From Vulcanimicrobiota bacterium (GTDB lineage: Bacteria > Vulcanimicrobiota > Vulcanimicrobiia > Vulcanimicrobiales > Vulcanimicrobiaceae): a stretch of DNA of 64,000 nucleotides. This document shows, piece by piece, positions 1 through 10,649 of this stretch. The stretch's first letter is position 1, and each line of letters opens with the position of its first letter. The notes beneath the pieces are model-generated. The model ran no database searches, was not told the DNA's origin, and was given only the letters and a program-made list of their open reading frames with translations. The position numbers were made by a program, and so were the translations under genes. Where the stretch lies: contig CAVTCS010000003.1 in assembly GCA_963733295.1 (NCBI GenBank), positions 1,184,001 to 1,248,000 on the forward strand, in the 5' to 3' direction.

Positions 1-459
1 AATGCTGTTCCTCGGGAAGTTGAGGATATATGCGCCCAGCACGCCGGCGATGGCTCCCGAGGCACCGACGGAGGGTACGTGGCTTGCGGGCCCGACGGAA
101 ATCTGGGCGAGCGCGCCCACGGTCCCGCACAATAAGTAGAACGCGGCGAAGCGCACGTGGCCGCACAAGTACTCGATCTCGGGACCGAACACGACCAGAA
201 ACAGCATGTTGAAGAAAATGTGCAGGAATCCGCCGTGGAAAAACTGCGACGTGATCAGGGTCAGCAGCGTCGGCGGAGCCGGCGGCTCGAGCTGCACGCC
301 GTGCGTCACGTCATACGGGATGAGTGCAAAGCTGTTGATGAAGGCGTCAGGGTGCGGCGCGCTCAGTTCTTGCACGAAGACCAGGATGTTCAACGCCACG
401 ATCGCGTAGACGACGATCGGAAACACCGGCACCGCGCCGCGCGTGGCCAGCGGAATCAT
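1..459 (-). CDS. Rhomboid-family intramembrane serine protease (runs off the window edge)
   Basis: Translated by hand, absent from the ORF track: MIPLATRG...FHGGFLHIFFNMLFL...SVGASGAIAGVLGAY; HxxxN and catalytic GASG motifs; ATG at 459. Confidence 0.9.
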   Translation of the reverse strand, partial: MIPLATRGAVPVFPIVVYAIVALNILVFVQELSAPHPDAFINSFALIPYDVTHGVQLEPPAPPTLLTLITSQFFHGGFLHIFFNMLFLVVFGPEIEYLCGHVRFAAFYLLCGTVGALAQISVGPASHVPSVGASGAIAGVLGAYILNFPRNSI

Positions 460-469
460 CGGGCTCGGC

Positions 470-2095
470 TCAGAGCTCGAACTGTAACCCGAAGACGGCG
501 CGCCGGTCGGTGTAGAGCAGATCGCGGCCGCCGCCGAAGAACTGCAGCTTCTGTCCCGGCGAAAGGTAGAGATACGTGTCGAGTGTGGGATGCCGCAGAT
601 CGTAGAAGCGCACGTCGAAGCCGACCGGGCGCGTCGCGATTCCGCCGTACAGCCCGAGCTGCGAGTACTCGATGCCGCCACCGTAGCGCAACTGACCCGA
701 ATGATCGAGGAGCAGTAAGTTTCCGGTACTCGCAAAACCGAGATCGTTCACCCCGGCGACGAGGCTCGTACGATTGTTCGGCAGGATGATCGCGTTGAAG
801 TCGCTCGTCAGCCCGCGGTCGGCGGTCAAGAGCGGCGAGGTGTTGCGTTCGGCACTGGCCGGTCGCTGCGGTTCGAGTTGCGAGATCCGAAACTGCAGGG
901 TGACCAGGTTGTCGAGGAAGTTGCTGAGTTTGGCGTGCAGCTGAGTAACGCCGTGACTGGAAGTCCCCTCCGCAACTTGCGGGGCCGGCGTCGAACCGCT
1001 CGCCGGCGGGACGCCGCTCGAATGCGAGCTGCCGGGCCCGTTGGCCGGCGAAGCGCTCGGCAAAAGACCCGGGGAAGCGCCCGCGGCCGGCGGCGTCGCA
1101 CCCTGGTCGATGCCGTAGACGGCGCTCTGACCACCCAACTGCGCCAGCAGCGAATCCAGCTTCTGCGTGCTCGCGTCGATCTGCGCGACGGTATCGCGAA
1201 GTTGCGCCTGCGTCTGCGGATCCGAGGTGACCTTTCGCAGGTCGTTCGTGAGTTCTGCAAACGTATGGGCCGTTAAGGCGAGCGAGCGCGTCGTCGAAAT
1301 CAAGTTCTCTTTGACTTCCGGGTTGGTGGCAACGTCGCGCAGCGAATCGACCGCGACGTTTAAAGAATTGGCGGTGCGCGTGAGTTGCCCGAGCAGCTGA
1401 TCGACCTTACCCGAATCGCGCGCCGTGGTCTTGGCGAGGGTGTCGGTGAGCGCCTGAACGTTCTTGCCGGAGGTACCGAGCGTGACCGACAGCTGATCGG
1501 TCAGGAGCAGGGCCCGGCGCGAGAGCTCACCCAGCGAGTCGTTTGCCGTTTGCGAAACCGCGCTCGCGTTGCGCATCGTGACTTGCAACTGGCGCAGCAA
1601 ATCCGGTGTCGCAGCCTGAACCTGGCCGAGGATGTTGTCGAGTCGCCGGACTTCGCCTTGACCTTCTTCGATCAGGTCGGCAAAGGTCACCGGGTTGGTG
1701 CCCACAGGCTGCTGACCGATGGGCAAGAGCTCGCGGGCCAGCGTCGGCGTGTTCGCGTCGACGTCCTTGGGCGGCGCGATGAGCACGTTAGGCTCCCCGG
1801 TGAGCGGCGCTTGGATCAGAAATTTCGAACCGACCGGTATCGAGTATTCGGGCTTGATCGCCATAACGACGTCGACCGAGTAGTCCGGCTGCAGGTCGAC
1901 GCGGTCGACCGCACCGATCGGGACGCCGCTCAGGTAGACATACGCGGCCTGATGAAGGCCGTTGGCCGAACGAAAGTGCACGCCGATCTTGTAACCGCGA
2001 GAGCGCGTTCCGATATCGGCCAGAACGTAAAAGACGCCGAAAATCGCCAGCGCCGCGATGATGGTAAAGAGACCGACTTGTGCGCGTTTGGTCAT
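470..2095 (-). CDS. mlaD: MCE/MlaD-family protein with long helical stalk and C-terminal beta-rich domain
   Basis: N-terminal TM; MCE motif (ANGL...VYLSGVPIGAV); follows mlaE-mlaF; C-terminal amphipathic strands ending FGLQFEL. Confidence 0.85.
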   Translation of the reverse strand: MTKRAQVGLFTIIAALAIFGVFYVLADIGTRSRGYKIGVHFRSANGLHQAAYVYLSGVPIGAVDRVDLQPDYSVDVVMAIKPEYSIPVGSKFLIQAPLTGEPNVLIAPPKDVDANTPTLARELLPIGQQPVGTNPVTFADLIEEGQGEVRRLDNILGQVQAATPDLLRQLQVTMRNASAVSQTANDSLGELSRRALLLTDQLSVTLGTSGKNVQALTDTLAKTTARDSGKVDQLLGQLTRTANSLNVAVDSLRDVATNPEVKENLISTTRSLALTAHTFAELTNDLRKVTSDPQTQAQLRDTVAQIDASTQKLDSLLAQLGGQSAVYGIDQGATPPAAGASPGLLPSASPANGPGSSHSSGVPPASGSTPAPQVAEGTSSHGVTQLHAKLSNFLDNLVTLQFRISQLEPQRPASAERNTSPLLTADRGLTSDFNAIILPNNRTSLVAGVNDLGFASTGNLLLLDHSGQLRYGGGIEYSQLGLYGGIATRPVGFDVRFYDLRHPTLDTYLYLSPGQKLQFFGGGRDLLYTDRRAVFGLQFEL

Positions 2096-2111
2096 GCTGT
2101 CTCCGCCGTCC

Positions 2112-2861
2112 CTAAATCGGGATAGGACCGACCTCGCTTCCTTGAAGGAATTGCTGCACGATGGGGTTCAGGGAACGCTTCACCTCTTCGACCGTTCCAT
2201 ATTCGATGATGGCTCCCTCGAATAGCATCGCAATATAATCGGCCATCGCGAAGATGCTCTCGAGGTCGTGCGATACCACGACCACCGTTCCGTTCAGCTG
2301 CCGCCTCAGGCGCTTGATCGTGTCGGTGAGGACGTGGGTGATGATCGGGTCGAGTCCGGTCGTCGGTTCGTCGTAGAGCACGAGCTCGGGGTTGTTCACC
2401 ACGGCCCGGGCGAAGCCGGCCCGCTTGAGCATGCCGCCCGAGAGTTCGGCCGGCATCCGATCGGTGATGTGATTGAGGCCGACGGAGTCCAGGGTAGCCT
2501 CGACCACCCGCTCGATCTCCGCTTCGTGCATCCGGGTATGCTCGCGGAGCGGCATCGCAACGTTCTCACCGACGGTGAGACTGTCGAAGAGGGCCGCGAA
2601 CTGAAACGAAAAGCCGATCTTCGTGCGGAATTCGATCAGCTCGCGATGCGACATGCAGCAGACGTCGATTCCTTTGACGTAGACGTGTCCGGTGTCGGGC
2701 TTTCGCAGCCCGTTGAGCAAGCGCAGGATCGTCGACTTCCCGGCGCCCGACATGCCGATCAAGCACGTAATCGCACGCTCCTTGATCTCCAGCGTGCAGT
2801 TCTGCAAGACGACCTTTTGGCCGAACCGGAGCGAGACGTTGTCGATGAGCGCGAAGCTCAT
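2112..2861 (-). CDS. mlaF: MlaF/Mkl-type ABC ATP-binding protein
   Basis: Walker A GMSGAGKS, FQFAALFDS, LSGGM, LYDEPTTGLDP; ATG at 2861 overlaps the mlaE stop (ATGA). Confidence 0.9.
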   Translation of the reverse strand: MSFALIDNVSLRFGQKVVLQNCTLEIKERAITCLIGMSGAGKSTILRLLNGLRKPDTGHVYVKGIDVCCMSHRELIEFRTKIGFSFQFAALFDSLTVGENVAMPLREHTRMHEAEIERVVEATLDSVGLNHITDRMPAELSGGMLKRAGFARAVVNNPELVLYDEPTTGLDPIITHVLTDTIKRLRRQLNGTVVVVSHDLESIFAMADYIAMLFEGAIIEYGTVEEVKRSLNPIVQQFLQGSEVGPIPI

Positions 2862-3637
2862 TTCGTCGCTCCGAACAGCAGGTACGAGAGCAAGAAATTC
2901 GTCGCGAAAATCAGGATGATCGAGGTAACGACGGCTGCCGTCGTCGACTTGCCGACGCCGGCGGCGCCACCGCGGGTAGCGAGTCCCTGATAACACGAGA
3001 TGATTACGATGATGATACCGAAGACCATCGCCTTAAGGAGACCCTTGATGAAGTCGCCGAACGGTGTGTAGGCTCGCGCCGACTGAATGAACGAGTCGTA
3101 GCTGATTCCGGCCGAAGCCCGCGCCAGCCACATACCGCCGAGAATTGCGATCACGTCGCCCAAAATAGTCAGCAGCGGCATCATGACGATCATCGCCAAC
3201 AGGCGCGGAACGACCAGCTGTTGGACCGGCGAGAGTCCGAGAGCTTCGAGCGCTTCGACCTGCTCGGTCACGACCATCGAGCCCAGCTCGGCGGCCATGG
3301 CGGCGCCGGCCCGGCCGGCCACGACGACCGCCGAAAGCATCGGCCCGAGTTCGCGCGCCGTCGTATAGGTGACCGCGCCTCCGACGAGGCTCGAGACGCC
3401 GTAGTTCGTGGCCTGCTGCGCCGACTCGAAAGCGATGACCAGACCCGTGAACAGCGAGGTCAGCAAGACGATCGTCGTGGACTGGACGCCGAGCAGGTAC
3501 GCCTGGGAGATCGTCTCGCCGAAGCGGATGCGAAACCGGCCGAGGAACGACAAAGCGTCGAGCGAGAGGGTCGCGACGCCGCCGGCATATTCGAGGATTC
3601 CGACCGTGCCGCGACCGACGTCGTCCAGAACCTTCAT
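2858..3637 (-). CDS. mlaE: MlaE-type ABC permease
   Basis: RELGP...AGRAGAAMAAELGSM...EQVEAL and GGAAGVGKSTTAAVV motifs. Confidence 0.92.
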   Translation of the reverse strand: MKVLDDVGRGTVGILEYAGGVATLSLDALSFLGRFRIRFGETISQAYLLGVQSTTIVLLTSLFTGLVIAFESAQQATNYGVSSLVGGAVTYTTARELGPMLSAVVVAGRAGAAMAAELGSMVVTEQVEALEALGLSPVQQLVVPRLLAMIVMMPLLTILGDVIAILGGMWLARASAGISYDSFIQSARAYTPFGDFIKGLLKAMVFGIIIVIISCYQGLATRGGAAGVGKSTTAAVVTSIILIFATNFLLSYLLFGATK

Positions 3638-3972
3638 TCGGCGGCGAGTTCCTCGACTTGGGCGAGGACGCCTTGCGTCGCTTCGATGCGGCGCGCGGTC
3701 ACGCCACGCTCGGCGGTGAGGTTGTACTGAAGCTGGCTTACGCGCCCGAGCCGCCGCTCGAGGTCGCCTAAGTGATTTTGCGCCTCGCGCGCGAAGCCCG
3801 CGAAGTACTTCCGCGCCGCTTTGAGATAGGCGTCGACGACGCTCTGCGACGGATCGCCTTGGGCGAGCGCGCGCAGCATCGCTTCTTGAGCACGCCGCAT
3901 CGCTTTATCGCGGACGTAGAAGCGGCCGATTTCGGTCGCGAGCGCTTGGAGTCGCTGCCGCTCAACCGGCAT
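3634..3972 (-). CDS. Hypothetical coiled-coil protein
   Basis: 112-aa ORF overlapping the rph stop and the mlaE start; helical composition. Confidence 0.7.
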   Translation of the reverse strand: MPVERQRLQALATEIGRFYVRDKAMRRAQEAMLRALAQGDPSQSVVDAYLKAARKYFAGFAREAQNHLGDLERRLGRVSQLQYNLTAERGVTARRIEATQGVLAQVEELAAE

Positions 3973-4693
3973 GAACGGCGAGCGCAGATTGCTGGTGTTC
4001 GAAAAGCCGGCGGATCCCGCTTTCGGCCAACGCGAGCATCGTGTCGAGTTGCTCGCGGTCGAACGGCGCCGACTCGGCGGTGCCCTGAACTTCGACGAAG
4101 GCTCCCGCGTCGGTCATCGCCACGTTCATATCGACGTCGGCGCGGCTGTCCTCGGCATAGGCCAAGTCCAAGTGCGCGACGCCGTCGACGTAGCCGACGC
4201 TGACCGCCGCAACTTGACGCACGAGCGGCCACTTCGCCGTTCCCGGGGCAAAATCGCGACGCAGCGCCAGCGCGAGCGCTACGTACGCACCGGTGATCGC
4301 GGCGGTCCGCGTTCCGCCGTCGGCTTGCAGCACGTCGCAGTCGATGGTCACGCTCCGCTCTCCCAAAAGTTTGAGATCGGTGACCGCGCGCAGGGCTCGT
4401 CCGATCAAGCGCTGGATCTCGTGGGTTCGGCCACCGACCCGGCCACGCGTCGATTCGCGCTGGGTGCGCTCCTCGGTAGCCCGCGGCAACATTGCGTACT
4501 CCGCGGTGACCCAGCCCCGGCCCTGGCCGCGCAGCCATGGCGGCACGCGTTCTTCGAGCGTCGCAGCGCACAACACCCGCGTGCGGCCGACCGAGATCAG
4601 CGCGCTGCCTTCCGCAAAAGCTAAGGGATTCGCCTCGATCGAGACGGAGCGCAACGCGTCGAGGGCGCGGCCGTCCTCGCGCGCCCTATTCAA
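3962..4693 (-). CDS. rph: Ribonuclease PH
   Basis: [39 protein letters not shown]; probable TTG start at 4693 overlapping the glmS end. Confidence 0.95.
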   Translation of the reverse strand: MNRAREDGRALDALRSVSIEANPLAFAEGSALISVGRTRVLCAATLEERVPPWLRGQGRGWVTAEYAMLPRATEERTQRESTRGRVGGRTHEIQRLIGRALRAVTDLKLLGERSVTIDCDVLQADGGTRTAAITGAYVALALALRRDFAPGTAKWPLVRQVAAVSVGYVDGVAHLDLAYAEDSRADVDMNVAMTDAGAFVEVQGTAESAPFDREQLDTMLALAESGIRRLFEHQQSALAVHAG

Positions 4694-6521
4694 CCGTGAC
4701 GGTCTTTGCGAGGTTCCGCGGCTGATCGACATCCTTCCCTTCGATGTCGGCGATGTGATATGCCAGCAATTGCAAGGGAACGACGTTGACGATCGGCGAG
4801 AGCAGTTCGTTAACGCGCGGAACCCACAGCACGTGTTCCGCGACCGCCTCAACTTCGCTGTCGCCGTAGTTCGCCACGGCGACGATCTGCGCCTCACGCG
4901 CTTTGGCCTCGGCTAAATTCGACAACATCTTTTCGCGAACGCGTCCTTCGGTGACGACGCCCACGACCGGCACGCGAGCGTCGAGTAGCGCGATCGGTCC
5001 GTGCTTCATCTCGCCTGCCGCGTAGCCCTCGGCATGAATGTAGGCGATCTCCTTGAGCTTGAGCGCGCCTTCGAGCGCGGTGGGAAAGTTGACATATCGC
5101 CCGAGGAACAGCACCGTCTTCGCCTTCTTCAAGCGGCGTGCGACTTTGCGAATCTCGTCGGAGGTGTTCAGCACGACGTCGATCGCCGCCGGCAAGAGTT
5201 TCATGCCCTCGGCGATCTCATGCAACCGTTCGATGTCTTGGCTCCGGCGCAGCCGGGCCAGATACAGCGCGAAAAGCACCATCGCTATCGTCTGCGAAAC
5301 GTAGGTCTTCGTCGCCGCCACGCCGATCTCGGGGCCGCCCCGCGTGTAGAGTACTCCGTCGGCTAAACGCGTGAGATGCGAGCCTAAGACGTTGCAAACA
5401 CCAAGCACCGGGGACCCGGCGGCTTGAGCGACCTTGATCGCTTCCATCGTGTCGGCCGTTTCGCCGGATTGTGACAACGCGATCGTCAGCGTGCGCGGGT
5501 CCAGCAGACGATCGCCGTAGCGGAACTCGCTGGCCAGCTCCATCTCGACGGGCAACTTGCAGAGCGCGCGTAAGAGATACATCCCGACCATGCCCGCGTA
5601 GTAGGCCGAGCCGCAGCCGGTGATCGAGATCTTGGTCATTGCGCGCAGCAAGCCCTCATCCAGCTTGAGTTCGGAGAATAGCTGGACGTCGTTCGATTCG
5701 TCGATGCGGCCCGCCAAGGTTTCCTTGACGACGCTGGGTTGAACGAAGATCTCCTTGAGCATGAAGTGTTTGAACCCGGTCTTCTCGGCGGAACTCGCGT
5801 CCCACATCACCTGCGTAACCTCGCGCTCGATCGGGTTCCCGTCGAAATCGGTGAGCTTGTAGCCCGAGGGTCCGATGACGACCATCTCGTTCTCGCGCAG
5901 GATGATCTGCTTGCGCGTGTACTGCAGAATCGCCGGGGTGTCGCTCGCCACGAACATCTCACGATCTCCGATGCCGACGACGAGCGGGCTCGCGCCGCTA
6001 CGAGCAAAGACGAGTTCGCCGGGCGAATCCGAGGAGATAACGCCCAGGGCATACGCGCCGCGAACCTCACGCAGCGTGCGGCGCAACGCGCCGGGCAGAT
6101 CGCCCTCGTAGTACTCCTCGATGAGGTGGGCGATCACTTCGGTGTCCGTCTCGCTGCGAAACGAGTGCCCCGCAGCCAGGAGCCGATCGCGCAGGACGCC
6201 GTAGTTTTCGATGATCCCGTTGTGCACGACCGCGAGCTTGCTCGAACAATCCATGTGCGGGTGCGCGTTCATATCCGAGGGGCGCCCGTGGGTCGCCCAA
6301 CGCGTGTGGCCGAGACCGGTCGTACCGGCTAGCGGTTCCGCGCCTAGCCGATCGACCAGGCGGCCGAGTTTCCCCTCGGCCTTGCTTCCGCTGAGAATGC
6401 CGCGTTCGTCGATGACGGCGATGCCCGCGCTATCGTATCCGCGATACTCGAGACGCCGCAGCGAATCGAGAATGATCGGGACCGAGTCGCGACTCCCTAC
6501 GTAGCCGACGATTCCACACAT
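4686..6521 (-). CDS. glmS: Glutamine-fructose-6-phosphate aminotransferase
   Basis: MCGIVG N-terminus, [19 protein letters not shown]-terminal [11 protein letters not shown]. Confidence 0.98.
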   Translation of the reverse strand: MCGIVGYVGSRDSVPIILDSLRRLEYRGYDSAGIAVIDERGILSGSKAEGKLGRLVDRLGAEPLAGTTGLGHTRWATHGRPSDMNAHPHMDCSSKLAVVHNGIIENYGVLRDRLLAAGHSFRSETDTEVIAHLIEEYYEGDLPGALRRTLREVRGAYALGVISSDSPGELVFARSGASPLVVGIGDREMFVASDTPAILQYTRKQIILRENEMVVIGPSGYKLTDFDGNPIEREVTQVMWDASSAEKTGFKHFMLKEIFVQPSVVKETLAGRIDESNDVQLFSELKLDEGLLRAMTKISITGCGSAYYAGMVGMYLLRALCKLPVEMELASEFRYGDRLLDPRTLTIALSQSGETADTMEAIKVAQAAGSPVLGVCNVLGSHLTRLADGVLYTRGGPEIGVAATKTYVSQTIAMVLFALYLARLRRSQDIERLHEIAEGMKLLPAAIDVVLNTSDEIRKVARRLKKAKTVLFLGRYVNFPTALEGALKLKEIAYIHAEGYAAGEMKHGPIALLDARVPVVGVVTEGRVREKMLSNLAEAKAREAQIVAVANYGDSEVEAVAEHVLWVPRVNELLSPIVNVVPLQLLAYHIADIEGKDVDQPRNLAKTVTVE

Positions 6522-6542
6522 GCTAGTGTCTCGACACCTCTG

Positions 6543-6761
6543 TTACTTGATGCCCTCTTTCATTCGCCGGTACGGGATCTTGCCGAGCGCGACCTCGTCG
6601 AACGCCGTCGAGACGGGCTTGTTCGGATTCGCGTTCTCCGAGAGAGCCGGCGCGCCGTTGTTGAGTTGTTTTGCTCGCTTGGTTACTACGTTGACCAGGG
6701 TGAACTTGGAGTCGACGTGCTCGAGTAGGCCGTCGAGATCTCCGAAAACTGAATCGCTCAT
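6543..6761 (-). CDS. rpoZ: RNA polymerase omega subunit
   Basis: SKFTLVNVVTKRAKQL...KPVSTAFDEV; immediately downstream of gmk. Confidence 0.92.
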   Translation of the reverse strand: MSDSVFGDLDGLLEHVDSKFTLVNVVTKRAKQLNNGAPALSENANPNKPVSTAFDEVALGKIPYRRMKEGIK

Positions 6762-7390
6762 AATTCTACCAAATTCCTAAAGTCGTCGTCTTTGTAGTGA
6801 TGGATGCGCAAGCGTTCCGCACGAACGACCGCTTCGAGATCCTCGACGGCCGGGAGGGCGTCGCGGCGCTCGGGCGGAGCCTGCGCGTTGATGATGACGT
6901 AGTCGAAGTTACGAATCGCTTGGAGCTCGACGTGCGCGATTGCGAGCCTTGAGGCGATCTCTTCAGCGCTTTCCGTCCGCCGTTCGGTCAGCCGCACTTG
7001 AAGATATGAGAACCGGTCAGGTAAGAGGAAGACGAGCACCGCCCCCGGGAACGCACGCTTGATCGCGAGGGCCCCGGTGACTTCGGGCTTGAGGATGACG
7101 TCGTATCCCTCGGCCATCGTCCTCTCGACGAACGAGCGCGGCGTCCCGTAAAGGTTTCCGTTGTACTCCTTGATCTCGAGAAATTCGCCCAGTTCGACCT
7201 TGCGCTCGAAACTGGATTGGTCGAGGAAGAAATACGCCTCGCCCTCTCGCTCTTCGTTTCGCGGTGGCCTGGTGGTCGCCGATACGGAGTACCGCATCTG
7301 CGGCATGCGTTTACGGAGCCCCTCGACGACCGTATCTTTGCCGGCCCCCGATGGTCCCGACACGACGAATAGCAGCCCCGGCCCTTGCAT
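6758..7390 (-). CDS. gmk: Guanylate kinase
   Basis: SGPSGAGKDT, SVSATTRPPR, NLYGTP. Confidence 0.96.
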   Translation of the reverse strand: MQGPGLLFVVSGPSGAGKDTVVEGLRKRMPQMRYSVSATTRPPRNEEREGEAYFFLDQSSFERKVELGEFLEIKEYNGNLYGTPRSFVERTMAEGYDVILKPEVTGALAIKRAFPGAVLVFLLPDRFSYLQVRLTERRTESAEEIASRLAIAHVELQAIRNFDYVIINAQAPPERRDALPAVEDLEAVVRAERLRIHHYKDDDFRNLVEL

Positions 7391-7511
7391 GTTCTCCCGG
7401 CGGAGGACGGCCAGATCGGCCGAAGCTACAGCGTTCGTGGGCCCCTAAAGTGCGGCCTGCCCTGGCTTGGAAGGCCGCCTCGGAGGCCGCCGTGGGGAAG
7501 CTCGCACCGCC

Positions 7512-9227
7512 GTGCTAACCGACTGGGTGATTTACGCGCGCATCGCGGCCGAACTCGATGCGAAGCTCGGCCGGGCGCGAATCCTCGCTGCCGGCCTTCT
7601 TCCCGACGGGCGGGTAGGCTTGCGGACACCCCGCGGGACGCTGGCGATCGACTTTGCGGGATCCACGCCCTACCTCGCGCTGGAATCCGAGGGGACTCTG
7701 AGCGCGGAGCCGGGTTGGTCGCGCGCCTTCGCCGACACGCTCGTAGGCCTGCAAATTCGAGCGGTGCGGCCCCGTCCGGGCGACCGGCTGATCGCGCTCG
7801 AGTGTTCGGCAACCTCGCGTTTCGGTGTGGCGAGCTCCTACCGGCTCGTCGTCGAGCTCGTCCCGCGATTTGGAAACGTCTTGCTCTTGAAAGACGACAC
7901 CGTGGTCACGTCGGCACGCGAGTTCCGGGCCGGCGGGACGACCCGGCGAACGATCGCACGAGGCGAGCCCTACGAACCGCCGCCGCTGCCCCAGTCGTCG
8001 CAGGCCCCCGAGCGGCTGATCGAGACACTGGGCGAGTTCGCGGCGGGCGACCGCACGCCGCCCGTTCTGGAGCGCGTCGCGGCCGCGCTGCGGGGAATCG
8101 AACCGGCACTGCCGCGCCTGCTAGCCGACTCGATCGTGAGCGAAGCGAGCGCGAAGCACGCGCCGGCCGAGGTCCTGGCTCGCGAACTCTCGGCAGACGG
8201 CCGGCGCCTTCTGGGCGAACTCGAGGCACCCGCGAAAATGACGGAGCCCGTCTTTGCCTATTTCGATGCCCGCGACAAGCTGGTTGCGGCGCACCTCTTT
8301 CGGCTGCATCAATTCGCAGCGACGCTGCGCGAATCGCGCGAACCGGAGCTGTTGCCGCTGCTCGCGGCGGCGCTCGGCGCAGTCCGGGCCGGCGGCGCGA
8401 AGGAAGCGCTGCGCGCGCGACGCGCGGCCCTCGCCGCCCGTATCGATAAGCGCCTTGCCGCCGTCGACGTGGAACGCCGCGCGCTCGAACGGCAACGCGA
8501 TGCGTTCGAGCAACGCGAAACGTTGCGCCTGAGCGGCGATTTACTCTACGCGCATCTTGCGGAGGTGCCCGCCGGCGCCGAGCTGTTCGTTCCGCCAAGC
8601 GCTCCCGAAGTGAGCATCGAGCTCGATCCGGACCTGGACGCAAAAGGAAACGCGCAAGCCATCTTTCGCCGCTACAAGAAGGCAACCGCACGCGCCGGTC
8701 ACGCCGCCTCGCGCCTCGACGAGCTGGAGCGCATCGCCGAGTCATGCGCTTCGCTCGCCTGGGAAACGCAACGAGCGGATGCCGATGCGATCGATGAAAT
8801 CGCCGAGGAGTTCGCGCGCCTGGAGCATCCCAAGGCGCGACGCGTACCGCACCGGAAAGCGCGGCCGGCGCTCGAGTTCGCACTCCAGAGCGGGGCGCGC
8901 ATCTCGGTCGGACGCTCGCCTCGCAACAACGCCGACCTCACATTCCGCGTCGCGCGGCCCGGCGACCTCTGGTTTCACGCTCGCGCCACGCCCGGCGCTC
9001 ACGTGATCCTGCACTTGGACAGCGAACGCGAAGCGCTCGAGCCGGAACTCATCGCTGCCGCGCAACTCGCGGCGTACCATAGCAAAGCGCGCCTTTCCCA
9101 AAAGGTTCCCGTCGACTACACGCAACGCAAATACGTGCGGCGCCGCAGCGGTGGCGCTCCAGGACTCGTGTGGTATAGCAACGCGAAAACAATCGTCGTC
9201 GCACCGAAGGACGGCGCCGCCCCATAA
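7512..9227 (+). CDS. rqcH: Ribosome quality-control protein RqcH/Rqc2 (NFACT/FbpA family)
   Basis: NFACT-N (DR...ELVPRFGNVLL), NAQAIFRRYKK, NFACT-R (VGRSPRNNADLT, WFHARATPGAHV, VPVDYT); start taken at GTG 7512, ORF track starts at 7467. Confidence 0.88.
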   Translation: MLTDWVIYARIAAELDAKLGRARILAAGLLPDGRVGLRTPRGTLAIDFAGSTPYLALESEGTLSAEPGWSRAFADTLVGLQIRAVRPRPGDRLIALECSATSRFGVASSYRLVVELVPRFGNVLLLKDDTVVTSAREFRAGGTTRRTIARGEPYEPPPLPQSSQAPERLIETLGEFAAGDRTPPVLERVAAALRGIEPALPRLLADSIVSEASAKHAPAEVLARELSADGRRLLGELEAPAKMTEPVFAYFDARDKLVAAHLFRLHQFAATLRESREPELLPLLAAALGAVRAGGAKEALRARRAALAARIDKRLAAVDVERRALERQRDAFEQRETLRLSGDLLYAHLAEVPAGAELFVPPSAPEVSIELDPDLDAKGNAQAIFRRYKKATARAGHAASRLDELERIAESCASLAWETQRADADAIDEIAEEFARLEHPKARRVPHRKARPALEFALQSGARISVGRSPRNNADLTFRVARPGDLWFHARATPGAHVILHLDSEREALEPELIAAAQLAAYHSKARLSQKVPVDYTQRKYVRRRSGGAPGLVWYSNAKTIVVAPKDGAAP

Positions 9228-9242
9228 GCAACAACACCGGCA

Positions 9243-10622
9243 ATGGCCTCATCCTCAGCGCGCTCGTTGCCGCTCGACGAGTCGCGCCCGATCTGGCGCC
9301 TGCTGCTCGCTTTCCTGATCCCGCTCATGTTGAGCAACCTGCTGCAGTCGCTGGGCGCGACGGCCAATGCGATCTACGTCGGGAGGCTCGTCGGCGTCGA
9401 TGCCCTGGCTGCAGTCTCGTCGATCTTTCCGGTGGTCTTCTTCTTGATCTCGTTCTTAATCGGACTCGCTAGCGGCAGTACGGTCCTGATCGGTCAAGCC
9501 TTCGGTGCTCGCGAGAGCGGCAAATTGAAGGAAGTCGCGGGCACGACGATCGCTTTGACGATCGTTTTGGGAACCATCGTCGGCACGCTCGGCGGAGTGT
9601 TCTCACGCGAACTCTTGATGCTGATGGGCACGCCGGCGAACATCCTCGACACAGCTGCCGGCTACTCGCGCATCACGTTCTTCTCGGTCCCTATTCTGTT
9701 TCTCTATCTCATTTATACGACGTTCTTACGGGGCGTCGGCGATACGCGGTCGCCTTTCTACGCGCTCATCGGCAGCACCGCGCTGACGCTGCTGATTACG
9801 CCTGCCTTGATTCTCGGCTGGGCCGGTTTACCGAGGCTCGGTACGAACGGCGCCGCGGTCGCCAACGTGATAGCGACGGCCTGCGGCATGGCAGGGTTGC
9901 TCGTCTACCTGGCACGACGCAAGAGCCCGGTCGCTTTGGACCGCGAGATCCTCGCAAACGTGCGCCTTCGGCCCGCGATCGTTTGGAAGATCGTGCGCAT
10001 CGGCATCCCGACGGGAATCAACCTCGTCATGATCTCGCTGTCAGAAATCGCCGTCATCTCGTTCGTAAACCGCTTCGGATCCACGGCCACGGCGGCGTAC
10101 GGCGCGGTGAATCAAGTCGCGAGCTACGTGCAATTCCCAGCGGTCAGTATCGGGATCTCGGCGGCGGTCTTCGGCGCGCAATCGATCGGCGCCGGCCGCC
10201 TCGACCGGATCCCGAAAATCGTGCGCTCCGCCGTCATCCTCAACTACGTCATCGAAGGCACCCTCGTGGTGCTCGGTTACGCTTTCAGTTACGACCTGAT
10301 AGCGCTCTTCATCAAAGATCCGGCGACCGTCGCCGTCGCGCACGGTCTTCTCATGATCACGCTCTGGAGTTATGCGATCTTCGGCAACTCCCGCGTGCTC
10401 TCGGGCATCATGCTTTCCAGCGGGACCGTCGTTTGGCCGACGCTGTTGTCGGTAATCTCGATTTGGGGGGTCGAGGTTCCCGTCGCTTACGTCTTGATGC
10501 ACCGCTGGGGTTTAAACGGCGTGTGGTACGGATACCCGGCCGCGTTTATCGCGGGCCTCGCCATGCAGTTTACGTACTATAACTTCTTCTGGCGCAAGCG
10601 CCGCAGGGAACGGCTCATTTAA
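9243..10622 (+). CDS. MATE-family efflux transporter
   Basis: About 12 TM segments; IGQAFGA, RGVGDTRSP, AQSIGAG repeats. Confidence 0.92.
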   Translation: MASSSARSLPLDESRPIWRLLLAFLIPLMLSNLLQSLGATANAIYVGRLVGVDALAAVSSIFPVVFFLISFLIGLASGSTVLIGQAFGARESGKLKEVAGTTIALTIVLGTIVGTLGGVFSRELLMLMGTPANILDTAAGYSRITFFSVPILFLYLIYTTFLRGVGDTRSPFYALIGSTALTLLITPALILGWAGLPRLGTNGAAVANVIATACGMAGLLVYLARRKSPVALDREILANVRLRPAIVWKIVRIGIPTGINLVMISLSEIAVISFVNRFGSTATAAYGAVNQVASYVQFPAVSIGISAAVFGAQSIGAGRLDRIPKIVRSAVILNYVIEGTLVVLGYAFSYDLIALFIKDPATVAVAHGLLMITLWSYAIFGNSRVLSGIMLSSGTVVWPTLLSVISIWGVEVPVAYVLMHRWGLNGVWYGYPAAFIAGLAMQFTYYNFFWRKRRRERLI

Positions 10623-10649
10623 GATCTCGAGCGTGCCGTGCCGGGCGCG

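Noticed and set aside
6522..6542. glmS ribozyme upstream of glmS
   Set aside because: Only 21 nt separate rpoZ and glmS, leaving no room.
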